Assembly: GCA_038087875.1 (NCBI GenBank)
Contig: JAXLNO010000110.1
Location: 310,001 to 374,000, forward strand
Length of the DNA stretch: 64,000 bases
Direction of reading: 5' to 3'
Origin: Malacoraja senta
Taxonomy: Eukaryota
In this document: positions 38,936-50,920 of the stretch, in pieces
How positions within the stretch are numbered: the first letter of the stretch is position 1
How the letters are laid out: every line of letters begins with the position of its first letter
Position numbers and translations under genes: made by a program
The notes under the pieces: generated by a model
The model's database searches: none
Told to the model about the DNA's origin: nothing
What the model saw: only the letters and a program-made list of their open reading frames with translations

Positions 38936-40257
38936 AAAACAGATGAAGTGGTTCTTGCTGTCTGAAATCTCACTGTGCCAAAACAATCTGCTGTACTTCC
39001 TAAACCACAAAGTAACCCCCTTCCCCCCGGCAGTAAGGTGCCTCGGGACATAAATGCCGCAAGTGGGTTTAGTCATTCTGTGAACGTATTGGCGGCTTTG
39101 TCTGACACCTTCCTGGAAACTGATTTACAGTGCAGACTGGCTTATAGGTAATCAATAGAAGACTAATATCAATGACCGACAGGGAAGCATGCAGTGGGAA
39201 ATCGATACCATGCTTAGAATGAAAGGGCATATTGTTAGCCCTGAAACTAGCTCTGGCCCATTCACTATGTGTGTGGAGATATCAGTTTACCAGGGAGAGT
39301 ATGGGTGTCAGGAGTTATGGGGAGAAGGCAGGAGAATGGGTTTAGGAGGGAAAGACAGATCAGCCATGATTGAATATAGTCACAAAGTGTCTACCTCGAA
39401 GGTAGACACAAATGCTGGAGTAACTCAGCGGGTGAGGCAGCATCTCTGGAGAGAAGGAATGGGCGACGTTTCGGGTCGAGACCCTCCTCGACCCGAAACG
39501 TCGCTCATTCCTTCTCCCCAGAGATGCTGCCTCACCCACTGAGTTACTCCAGCATTTTGTGTCAACCTTCGATTTAAACCAGCATCTGCAATTCTTTCTT
39601 ACACAAGTGTCTACCACATATCCCTCGTTTCCCCCGACTCTCAGTCTGAAGAAGCGTCACCCATTCTTTCTCTGCAGAGATGCTGCCTGTCCCGCTGAGT
39701 TACTCCAGCATTTTGTGTCTATCTTCGTTTTGAACCAGCACCTGCAGTTCCTTCCTGCACATTTAGCCTTGATTGAATGGCGGAGTAGACTTGATGGGCC
39801 GAATGGCCTAATTCTGCTCCCTTCACTAATGATAGGGAATCTGCTTCCCTCTGCGTGCAGGGCAATGACTGGAGTTCCAACGATCCCCACTCTCTCTGCT
39901 CGCCCCTCACGTATCAGCCGTGGTGTGGCAGTTGCTGAGGGGTTGTTGACTTTGGAAGAGGATCCACAAACCTGTCTTCAGTGATAGGATGGTGGTGGAG
40001 AGAATGAAAAACCTCACATTCCTGGCCACGCATAATCTCTGAACATCTATCCTGCACCACGCACATTGATGCAATCACAGAGGGAGGGAGGCATGGTGGT
40101 GCAGTATAAGTTGCTGCCTTACAGCGCCAGAGCCCCGGGTTCCATCCTGAATACGGGTGCTGTCTGTACACAGTTTGTAGAGGCTTATTCTCCCCATGAC
40201 CTGCGTGGGTTTTCTCCGAGATCTCTGGTTTAACTCCCACACTCCAAAGATGTAGAG

Positions 40258-40258
<1 letters not shown>

Positions 40259-40309
<51 letters not shown>

Positions 40310-40347
40310 GCGTGTGCGTGTGCGTGTGCGTGTGTGTGTGTGCGCGC
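40259..40347. repeat. (TG)n/(TGCG) microsatellite inside a V-SINE
   Basis: Direct reading. Confidence 0.97.
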
Positions 40348-40874
40348 GGTTGTGTTAATGTGCGGGGATCGCTGGTTGGCGCAGACTTGGTGGGCTGCGT
40401 GTTACTTGCACCATCTCTAAAAAAAAGATGCCAACCACCTGTTCACCAGACAAAAAGACTGGAGAAACTCAGCGGGTGAGGCAGCATCTATGGAGCGAAG
40501 GGATAGGTGATGTTTCGGGTCGTGACCCATCACTCCATAGTTGCAGCCTCACCCGCTGAGTTTTCTCCAGCTTTTATTGTCTACCTTCGATTTTTCTACC
40601 TCTACCTCTGCGCCACCGTGTCGCTCTAACTGTGCCGCACTGTTCTATGACGAGCAGGTGACCAAGCTTCAAACATAAGGTCAGAAGTGATACGAGCAGA
40701 ATGAGGCCACTCTGCCCATCAAGTAAGTCTACTCCACCATCACTGCTCCACCACAATGGCTTTGGACTCAAATGTAAAACTGACCAACTGCATTGACCCG
40801 GTCACCGTCCACATCGTGTCGTGCCAGCACTCTCTCCCTCTGCAGCCATGTAAGCAGCAGCCACAGGCAGTGGA

Positions 40875-42070
40875 CAATAGATAATAGGTGCAGGAGGAGG
40901 CCAATCGGCCCTTCGATCACTGTGATCATGGCTGATCATCCACAATCAGTACCCCGTTCCTGCCTTCTCCCCATATCCCCTGACTCCGCTATTTTTAAGA
41001 GCTCTATCTAACTATCTCTTGAAAGCATCCAGAGAATTAGCTTCCACTGCCTTCTGAGGCAGAGAATTCCACAGATTCACAACTCTCTGACTGGAAAAGT
41101 TTTTCCTCATCTCCATTCTAAATGGCCTACCCCTTATTCTTAAACTGTGGCCCCTGGTTCTGGACTCCCCCAACATCGGGAACATGTTTGCTGCCTCTAG
41201 CGTGTCCAATCCCTTAATAATATGTTTCAATAAGATCCTCTCTCATCCTTCAAAATTCCAGTGTATACAAGCCGAGCCGCTCCATTCTATCAACATATGA
41301 CAGTCACGCCATCCCGGGGATTAACCTGGTGAACCTATGCTGCACTCCCTCAATAGCAAGAATGTCCTTCCTCAAATTTGGAGACCAAAACTGCACACAA
41401 TACTCCAGGTGTTGTCTCACTAGGGCTCTGTGCAACTGCAGAAGGACCTCCTTGCTCCTAAACACAAATCCTCTCGCAATGAAGGCCAACATGCCATTAG
41501 CTTTCTTCACTGCCTGCTGTACCTGCATGCTTACTTTCAGTGACTGATGTACAAGCACACCCAGGTCTCGTTGCACCTCCCCTTTTCATAATCTGACACC
41601 ATTCAGATTATAATCTGCCTTCCTGTTCTTGCCACCAAAGTGCATAACCTCACATTTATCCACATTATACATGCATCTGCCCACTCATCCAACCTATCCA
41701 AGTCACCCTGCAGCCTCATAGCATCCTCCTCGCAGCTCACACTGCCACCCACTGTCACACTGTCATCCGCAAATTTGGAGATGTCACATTTAACTCCCTC
41801 GTCTAAATCGTTAATATTGTAAATAACTGGGGTCCCAACACCGAGCCTTGAGGAACCCCACCAGTCACCACCTGCCATTCTGAAAAGGACCCGTTAAATC
41901 CTACTCTTTGCTTCCTGTCTGCCAACCAGTTCTCTATCCATGTCAATACCCTACCCCCAATACCATGTGCTCTGATTTTGCCTACTAATCTCTTGTGTGG
42001 GACCTTGTCGAAGGCTTTTTGAAAGTCCAGATTCACCACATCCACTGGCTCTCCCTTATCAATTCTACTT
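40875..42070 (-). mobile_element. CR1 LINE RT and 3' fragment
   Basis: DVVNLDFQKAFDKVPH..GVPQGSVLGPQLFTI..KFADD..LEYCVQFWSPNLRKD..FSSQRVVNLWNSLP. Confidence 0.88.
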
Positions 42071-42478
42071 GGGCCCTGTACAACTGCAGAAGGACCTCTT
42101 TGCTCCTATACTCAACTCCTCTTGTTATGAAGGGCAAACATGCCATTAGCTTTCTTCACTGCCTGCTGTACCTGCACGCAAGACCAGTGGATGGAACGAG
42201 CGCACCTCCTGCACGCACGCCAACTCTGCTTCGTCATCGTTGGACAAATGACACCAGCGTTGGTCTATACGTCATCCCCAGTACAACCCTCGCCCTTCCA
42301 GAATGCCAATGCTAACGTGACTGCAACCCCATTAGAATGGGAATTGTGCAGCATAGAAACAGGCCCTGCGGCCCAACCATGTTTCAGACATTCCTCCCCC
42401 TCCACACGCCCACTCCAGGATTATATTGGGACGTTGCAGGTCGACAGCTGAAGCCGACTGTCTCTGGAATTTCCTTAC

Positions 42479-42617
42479 CTGCCACAATCTCGTGAGGCAC
42501 AGGCCGAAAGTGTCGAAAGTCACGCAATGGATCGAGACATCCTGGGCGAGAAACCAATGGCAGAAAGCAAGGCGGACGGGGAAATGAGACACCACCAGCG
42601 TCCAGACACTACATCCT
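42479..42617 (-). other. Probable non-coding (5'UTR) exon of GATAD2B
   Basis: Unique non-repeat 139-nt segment bounded by a strong acceptor (ttttgtttttgcag|AGGATG) and donor (GGCAG|gtaagg) on the gene strand. No recognisable protein similarity. Confidence 0.5.
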
Positions 42618-42825
42618 CTGCAAAAACAAAAAAGATTGAGGATTGTGAATTATTCACGGCATCTCTGGTCACAAGCTTGTGGCTGAAGAGAAAATAAATA
42701 GGTTAACAATTCCCTTGAGGCGCAAAGTTAGACACTCAAAGACTTGATCAGAACGCTGCTGGATCTGAATTTATGAGCCCAATTAGAAGCTAAGATGGTG
42801 ACGAGGAATGCATTCAGTTGTGGAT

Positions 42826-43310
42826 AGACACAAAGTGCTGGAGTAACTCAGCGGGACAGACAGGCAGCATCTCGGGGTAGAAGGAATGGGTGACGTTTCG
42901 GGTCGAGACCCTTCTTCAGACTCAAACATTCAGTGGTGGGACAAATGCAGAAAGGCAGAGAAGTGGGGAACATCGTTCCAAACTCAGCTGCCTGCATGTG
43001 AAGGAAGGAACTGCAGATGCTGGTTTAAAGCAAAGACAGACACAAAGTGCTGGAGTAACTCAGCGGGACAGGCAGCATCTCGGGGTAGAATGAATGGGTG
43101 ACTTTTCGGGTCGAGACCCTTCTTCAGACTCAAACATTCAGTTGTGGGACAAATGCAGAAAGGCAGAGAAGTGGGGAACATCGTTCCAAACTCAGCTGCC
43201 TGCATGTGAAGGAAGGAACTGCAGATGCTGGTTTAAAGCAAAGACAGACACAAAGTGCTGGAGTAACTCAGCGGGACAGGCAGCATCTCTGGAGAGAAGG
43301 AATGGGTGAC
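42826..43310 (-). repeat. ~208-bp tandem repeat (2.3 copies), each unit with a Penelope-type hammerhead motif
   Basis: Near-identical ORF-track peptides 208 nt apart (42886 vs 43094). Unit consists of a pLTR remnant plus a ~75-bp unique segment. Confidence 0.9.
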
Positions 43311-46184
43311 GGGTGAACAACAGAAAACGTCATCAGCCCATCCCGCTGAGTTACTCCCCATCCCGCTGAGTTACTCCAGCATTTTGTGTCTATCTTCAGC
43401 CCCCTGCATGATTGAGGTGCTGCAAAATGGAGCCATCTTGATCCCAGTCAGAGCCCGAGATAGATCAGCCTCATTTAAAGGAGCTTGTCTATGATCGCCC
43501 TGGCTCCAAAGTGTGCAGCGTTCTTCTAAAGACCCGAAAGGAAGATGTTTCCAGCTTCACAGGGAGAACGTACAAACTCTGTACAGACAGCACCCGTAGT
43601 TAGGATCGAATCCGGGACTCTGCCCCTGTTTGTTTTCACTTCAGTTTCCAGCACCTACAGTCCTTTCTTTGCCAGCATAGACAGTCAATTCAATGCAATA
43701 TCCATCGTCATTGTCTGGAATTCTCTGCAACAGAAGGCAGTGGAGGCCAATTCACTGGATGTTTTCAAGAGTTAGATTTAGCTCTTAGGGATAAAGGAAT
43801 CAAGGGATATGGGGGGAAAGCAGGAACGGGGTACTGATTTTGGATGATCAGCCATGATCATATTGAATGGCAGTGCTGGCTCGAAGGGCCGAACGGCCTA
43901 CTCCTACACCTATGTTCTATGTTTTTATGTTTTTATTTTGTGTAGCAAAGAACTGCAGATGCTAGTTTAAATCAAAGATAGACACAAAATGCTGGAGTAA
44001 CTCAGCGGGACAGGCAGCATCTCTGGAGAGAAGGAATGAGGGACGTTTTCTTCATTTTCCTCTCCACCTTGCTTTCTGTCTTTTCAAATGCCACGAAACA
44101 AGATCACGGTGAAATGTTTTCCTCAAATATTAATATCCTGCCCTATCCCCATATCCCTGGATTCCTTCACACTACAGAAGTTTATAGATTTCCAATTTGA
44201 ATGCAGTGACAGAGTCTCAACAGATGTACAGGGTAGAGAAAAACAAAGATTCACCACTCTCTGCCTGAAGAAATTTCTCCTGATTTTGGTCTTTTGTACT
44301 GCTGGGGGGTTTTTGTATTTGGTCTGCTGGTTCTTTACCCTGAGACAGATCCTGCCATACAATTTAGAGATACAGTGCGGAAACAGGCCCTTCGGCCCAC
44401 CGAGTCCACGCCAACCAGTTTGAGTGTGGGAGGAAACCAGAGCACCCAGACAAAACCCACATGGTCACAGGAAGAACATACAAACTCCGTACTGAGAGCA
44501 CTCGTAATCAGGCTCAAACCTGGGTCTTTGGCGCTGTGAAGTTTACTAGAATGATCCCAGGAATGAGTGGGTTAACATATGATGAGCATTTGACAGCACT
44601 GGGCCTGCACTCGATGGAGTTTAGAAGGATGAGGGGACACCTCATTGAAACTTACCGAATAGTGAAAGGCCTAGATACAGTGCCCTCCATAATGTTTGGG
44701 ACAAAGACCCATCATTTGTTTATTTGCCTCTGTACTCCACAATTTGAGATTTGTAATAGAAAAAATCACATGTGGTTAAAGCGCACATTGTCAGATTTTA
44801 ATAAAGCCCATTTTTATACATTTTGGTTTCACCATGTAGAAATTACAGCAGTGTTTATACATAGTCCCCCCCATTGCAGGGCACCATAATGTTTGGGACA
44901 CAGCAGTGTCATGTAAATGAAAGTAGTCATTGTTGCATATCCTTTGCATGGAATGACTGCTTGAAGTCTGCGATTCACGGACATCACCAGTTGCTGGGTG
45001 TCTTCTCTGGTGATGATCTGCCAGGCCTGTATTGCAGCCATCTTTAGCTTATGTTGTTGTGGGGCTAGTCCCCTTCAGTTTTCTCTTCAGCAAATAAAAG
45101 ACATGCTCAATTGAGTTCAGATCGGGTGATTGACTTGGTCACTCAAGAATTGTCATTTTTTAGCTTTGAAAACTCCTTTGTTGCTTCAGCAGTATGTTTG
45201 GGATCATTGTCTTGCTGTAGAATGAACCGCCGGCCAATGAGTTTTGAGGCATTTGTTTGAACTTGAGCGGATAGGATGTGTCTACACACTTCAGAATTAA
45301 TTATGCTACTACCATCAGCAGTTGTATCATCAATGAAGATAAGTGAGCCAGTACCTTCAGCAGCCATACATGCCCAGGCCATAACACCCCCACCACCGTG
45401 TTTCACAGATGAGGTGGTATGCTTTGGATCTTGGGCAGTTCCTTCTCTCCTCCATTAGTTGCTCTTGTCATCACTCTGATATAAGTTAATCTTCGTCTCA
45501 TCTGTCCACAAGACCTTTTCCCAGAACGATGGTTGCTCTTTTAAGTACTTGGCAAACTGTAACCTGGCCATCCTATTTTTGAGGCTAACCAGTAGTTTGT
45601 GTCTTGCAGTGTAGCCTCTGTATTTCTGTCATGAAGTCTTCTGCAGACAATTGTCATTGACAAATCCACACCTGACTCCTGAAGAGTGTTTCTGATCTGT
45701 CAGACAGGTGTTTGGGGATTTTTCTCTATTATAGAGCAGTGCTCTCACTTAACTTTTTTTCTCTGTTTCCAGCCGGGCAACCTAAGCAGCTTTTTAGGTT
45801 GCCAAATGACAGTTTAGGTGGTCATTTAAGGTGGCTTGCATGATGCATGCGATAATGTGCTCGGACGAAGTGTGTAGTTACCAGTCGGAATTATGCTCAA
45901 TTAAGCATTCACATTATTTCTGCTTCAAATAAAGTCACAAACTAAACATATTCACCAATCAGGACATGATATATACCACAATGACATGCAGCAAAATTAT
46001 AATACAGCATATACAGTATCTCAACTCTTTTACACGTTGCAATGAATGCAATTTCTATTATTTCTTTCCACTTCCAAACAAAAATGTGGTTGGATTATTC
46101 AGCGTATGATCAACCTCGGTGAGAACAAGTGAAGGCTTGGCGATCACTTCATACAACACCTCCACTCAGTTCGCAATAACCACA

Positions 46185-46920
46185 TACAACAAATAATCCT
46201 CCAACATTTCGCCACCTCCAACGGGATCCTACCACTGGCCACATCTTCCCATCTCCTCCCCTGTCAGCTTTCCGCAGAGACCGCTCCCTCCGTAACTCCC
46301 TGGTCAATTTGCCCCTTCCAACACCAACCACCCCTCTCCTGACACTTTCCCTTGCAACTGCAGGAAATGCTACACTTGTCGCTTTACCTCCCCCCTTGAC
46401 TCCGTTCAAGGACCCAAGCAGTCTTTCCAGGTGTGGCAGAGGTTCACCTGCACCTCCTCCAACCTCATCTATTGCATCCGCTGCTCTAGATGTCAGCTGC
46501 TCTACATCGCTTCGCCCAACACCTCCGCTCGGTTCACAATAACCAACCCGATCTCCCGGTGGCTCAGCACTTCAATTCCCCCTCCCATTCCGAAACCGAC
46601 CTTTCTGTCCTGGGCCTCCTCCATGGCCAGAGTGAGGCCCACCGTAAATTGGAGGAGCAGCACCTAATATTTCGTTTGGGTAGTTTACACCCCAGCGGTA
46701 TGAACATTAACTTCTCTAATTTCAGGTAATCCTTGCTTTCTCCTCCCTTCCAGCTCTCCCTCAGCCCACTGTCTCCGCCTCTTCCTTTCTTCTTCCCACC
46801 CCCCCCCCCCCACCCTCACATCAGTCTGAAGAACGGTCTCGACCCGAAACGTAGCCTATTTCCTTCGCTCCATAGATGCTGCCTCACCTGCTGAGTTTCT
46901 CCAGCATTTTTGTCTACCCG
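46185..46920 (+). mobile_element. Penelope-like element fragment nested in the hAT5-like element
   Basis: PLSAFRRDRSLRNSLV..PCNCRKCYTC..QRFTCTSSNLIYCIRCSRCQLLYI..LIFRLGSLHPSGMNINFSNFR and a hammerhead motif at ~46825. Confidence 0.85.
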
Positions 46921-47631
46921 TTCACACAAGTTCTGTTATCCCACTTTCCTCACCCACTCCCTACACATTAGGGGCAATTTTACAGAGACAAGTTAACCTA
47001 CAAAGCCAATGCGTCTTTGGGATGTGGGAGGAAACCTACACACTTGCAGGGAGAATGTGCAAATTCAACACAGACAGTGCCCGAGGACAGGTTCGAACAT
47101 AAAATCTCTGGCGTGTGAGGCAGCAAGTCTACCAGCTGTGCCACTATATTTTGTTTTCCAACACACACAAAATTATTCGTTGACAACTTTTGTTACAAAA
47201 AAAAAAGAAACTATCCATTTTCAGTCTTAAATCTCTAAGTGACGCTATTCCCCCTTTACAGCCACTGTATGTTTGAATTTAGTTCAAGACTATGGGGCAG
47301 TACATTGGCCATAAAGTTGCTGCCTAAAAGTGCCAGAGACCCGGAATTGATCCTGAATAAGGGTGCTATCTGTATGGAGTTTGCTCCTTTTCCCTTTGAT
47401 CGCATGGGCTTTCTCCGGCTGCTCTTGTTTCCTTCAAATTCCAAAGGTGTGCAGGAACCTTTTCAGACCCAACCCAAACGTAATATTTTCCTTTTGTCCA
47501 GAGATTCTGTCTGCCCTGTTGAGTTACTCCAGCTTTTTGTATCTATCTTCAGTTTAAACCAGCATCTGCAGTTCCTTCCTACACACACGATACTATATGA
47601 CAGAACTTTATTAATCCCAGGAGGGAAATTG

Positions 47632-47669
47632 TGTGTGTGTGTGGGTATATATATTATACACACACACAC

Positions 47670-47743
<74 letters not shown>

Positions 47744-47778
47744 CTATAGATATAGATATATATTCATATATAAATATA
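47632..47778. repeat. (TG)/(CA)/(TA)n compound microsatellite
   Basis: Direct reading. Confidence 0.95.
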
Positions 47779-50259
47779 CACCATTTTGTTTTCTCGTTTA
47801 TAACATTGTTTACAGAGTACTATGTTTACATATTCTGTTGTGCTGCTGCAAGTAAGGATTTCATTGTTCTAACTGGGACGTGAGAGAATAAAACACTCTT
47901 GACTCTCGACTTAAGTCGCCAATGTGTGGGATAGAACTAGTGTATGGGTGATTGGTGGTCGGCGTGGACTCGGTGGGCCGAAGGGCCTGTTTCCACGCTG
48001 TATCTTTAAATTAAACTAAAAACACTGAAACCAGAGGAAATCTAAAGTATGGTCTCTACCCGAAACGTCGCCCAATTTCTTCTATCCAGAGATGCTGGCT
48101 GCTCCATGGAGTTCCCCCGCACAATTAAAGCATGGAATAGTCTTCACCCTACCATAGTTACCCAACCAGACGCAACTAAATGAAGGTAGCTCTTTTTTCC
48201 AAGAACCCTTTTTTGCTTAAGTCAAGAGTCAAGAGAGTCTTATTGTCATGTGTCCCAGATAGGACAATGAAATTCTTGCTTGCTACAGCACAACAGAATA
48301 TGTAAACATAATACAGAACAGGAGATAAAAGTTCAGTGTGTCTATATACCATAGACCATATATATATACACAATAAATAAACAGATAAAGTGCAATAGGC
48401 TGTTATTTTTCAGAGTTTGGAGTTTGATGGTGGTGGGTCCACTCCAGTTTAAATTCTATTTGGAATATTTTTGGAGGACCAGGAAACCAAGAAGCAAGAG
48501 TTACTCCGGGAGTTACTCCAGCTCCAGGGAGTGATTCTGCATTAGTTTTCAGCGGTCGCGGCGAGGCGGCGACCAGACAGCAATGGTGGCCAGATCTCCC
48601 ACAATGCAAAGGGAGGGAGAAAGTGCCCGGCGCCAACCAGTTGCCCTGGCAGTGCGCATGTGCAGGGCAGCACATGTGCACAATCACGGCCGATGATGTG
48701 CTGGCCGTGGTTGTGCGCATGTGCAGGGGGAGGATGTGCAGGCCGTGGCAGTGCGCAAGTGCAAGGCGGCCGGCCGTGCTGGTGGATGAGGAACGGCTGG
48801 AGATCGGAAACCCGGCCAAAGATCATAGAGCGGAGCCGGCGGCCCGGACATGGACACGGATGGCGGGCGGAGACGGAGAGTGACAAAGAGAGAGATAGAG
48901 AGGGGGCCCGCTCAGAGTTGAACGATAGGTGTCCTAGGTGCTTGCCAAGCCGGGCAAAATGGCACGGCTTTTAGGTTGTCCGGCGGGACTTTAGGTCGCC
49001 ATTGGCACCCGGGCAACCATTAATTTTGAGCCCTGTAGAGAGAATTCTTCAGTCATCAGCTGTGGAGGTCTTCCTTGGCCTGCCAGTCCCTTTGCAATTA
49101 GTAAGCTCACCAGTGCTCTCTTTCTTTTTAATGATGTTCCAAACAGTTGATTTTGGCAAGCCTAAGGTTTGGCTGATGTCTATAACAGTTGTATTCTTGT
49201 TTCTCAGTCTCATAATGGCTTATTTGACTTTCATTGACATAACTTTGGTCCTCATGTTGATAAACAGCAATAAAAGTTTCCAACGATGATGGAAAGACTG
49301 GAGGAAAGACTAGGTGCTGAGAGCTCTCATACCTGCATTAAGGAGGCATTTAAACACACCTGAGCAATTACAAACGCCTGTGAAGCCATGTGTCCCAAAC
49401 ATTATGGTGCCCTGAAAGGGGGGGGGGGGGGGGGGAACTATGTATAAACACTGCTGTAATTTCTACATGGTGAAACCAAAATGTATAAAAATGGCCTTTA
49501 ATAAAATCTGACAATGTGCACGTGTATCTGTTTTCTATTACAAATCTCAAATTGTGGAGTACAGATGCAAATAAATAAATGACGGGTCTTTGTCCCAAAC
49601 ATTATGGAGGGCACTGTACAATTGATGTGGAGAGGATGTTTCCACTAGTGGGAGTGTCCAGGATCAGAGGCCACAGCATCAGAATAAAAGGACATACCTT
49701 TAGAAAAGAGATGAGGAGGAATTTCCTTAGTCATAGGGTGGTGATTCTGTGGAATTCTTTGCCACAGATGGGTGTGGAGGCCATGTCAATGGATATTTTT
49801 AAGGCGAGATTGACAGATTCTTGATTAGTACGGGTGTCAGGGGTTATGGGGAGAAGGCAGGTGAATGGGGTTGAGAGGGAAAGATAGATCAGCCATGATT
49901 GAATGGCAGAGTAGACTTGATGGGCTGAATGGCCTAATCCTGCAGGACTATGGGTGCTGTCTGTACGGAGTTTGTACGTTCTCCCGTGGGTTTTCTCCGA
50001 GATCTTCAGTTTCCTCCCACACTTTCAAAGACGTACAGTTTGTAGGTTAATTGGCTTGGCACACTACAGTTCTGGCTGAACCCGATTCTTTAAAAAGATT
50101 TACAAACTGTCAACATTGAGCAGCTCAGAGCGTTTGTGGAATCACAGAGTTAACGTTTGAGGCCCGATGAAGGGTGCTTGACCTGAAACATTACCTCTGT
50201 TTCTGTTACCATCCTGAATAAAGCCACTTTCCCAACTAACTCTCCCGAGTAGATAGTGT

Positions 50260-50920
50260 GGTAAAGACGGTACGCTTGCCTTCATCAGTCGAGGCACTGA
50301 GTACAAGAGTCAGGAAGTCATGTGTAAGAATGTCGCCCATTCCTTCTCTTCTGAGATGCTGCCTCACCCGCTGAGTTATTCCAGCATTTTGTGTCTCGTC
50401 AGGAAGTCAGGATGCAGCTTTATAGGACTTTGGTCAGGCCGCACTTGGAGCATTGTGAGCGGTCCTGGTCGCCCCATTACAGAAATATGCCTGGATTAGG
50501 GTTAGCTACAGGGAGAGGTTGGGCAGACTTGTATTGTTTTCTCTGGAACGTCAGTAGTTGCAGGGAGACCCGATAGAAGTTTATAAAATTATGAGCGGCA
50601 TAGATAGGATGGACAGTCAGAAAAAATGTTTCCCAGGATGGAAAAATCAAAGACAAGAGGGCATAGCTTTAACGTGAGAGGGGCAAAGTTTAAAGGAGGT
50701 GTGTAGGGCACATTTTTCTTTCCCCAGAAGGTGGTGGGTGCCTGGAACGAGCTGCCGGGGGTGGTGGTAGAGGCAGATATGGTAGTGGTGTTTACGAGGC
50801 ACATGGACATGCCGGGATTGGAGGGATATGGATCACGTGCAGGAAGATAAGAGTCAGTCTTTACATCATGTTCGGCACGGACATTGGGGGCCGAATGTTT
50901 CCGGTGCTGCACTGTTGTAT
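50260..50920 (+). mobile_element. CR1 LINE 3' fragment
   Basis: QLYRTLVRPHLEHC..WSPHYR coding plus the 3' tail shared with 1-200 and 59465-59890. Confidence 0.75.

Larger units (their letters stand above)
45737..49035. mobile_element. DNA transposon with 5-bp TSD (hAT5-like), nested in Tc1
   Basis: TAGAG duplicated at 45732-45736 and 49036-49040. Imperfect termini CAGTGCTCTCACTTAA / rc CAGGGCTCAAAATTAA. Subterminal CCGGGCAAC and TTTTAGGTTG repeats at both ends. Confidence 0.7.
44678..49616 (-). mobile_element. Second Tc1/mariner transposon (different family), split by a nested 3.3-kb insertion
   Basis: TA TSDs at 44676-44677 and 49617-49618. TIR CAGTGCCCTCCATAATGTTTGGGACAAAGACCC with inner DR CCATAATGTTTGGGACAC. 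Decayed transposase from ATG 49255 (MRTKVMSMKVK...GRPRKTS) to KHGGGGVMAWACMAA...[10 protein letters not shown]...KGYAT. Inserted in a CR1 fragment. Confidence 0.9.
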
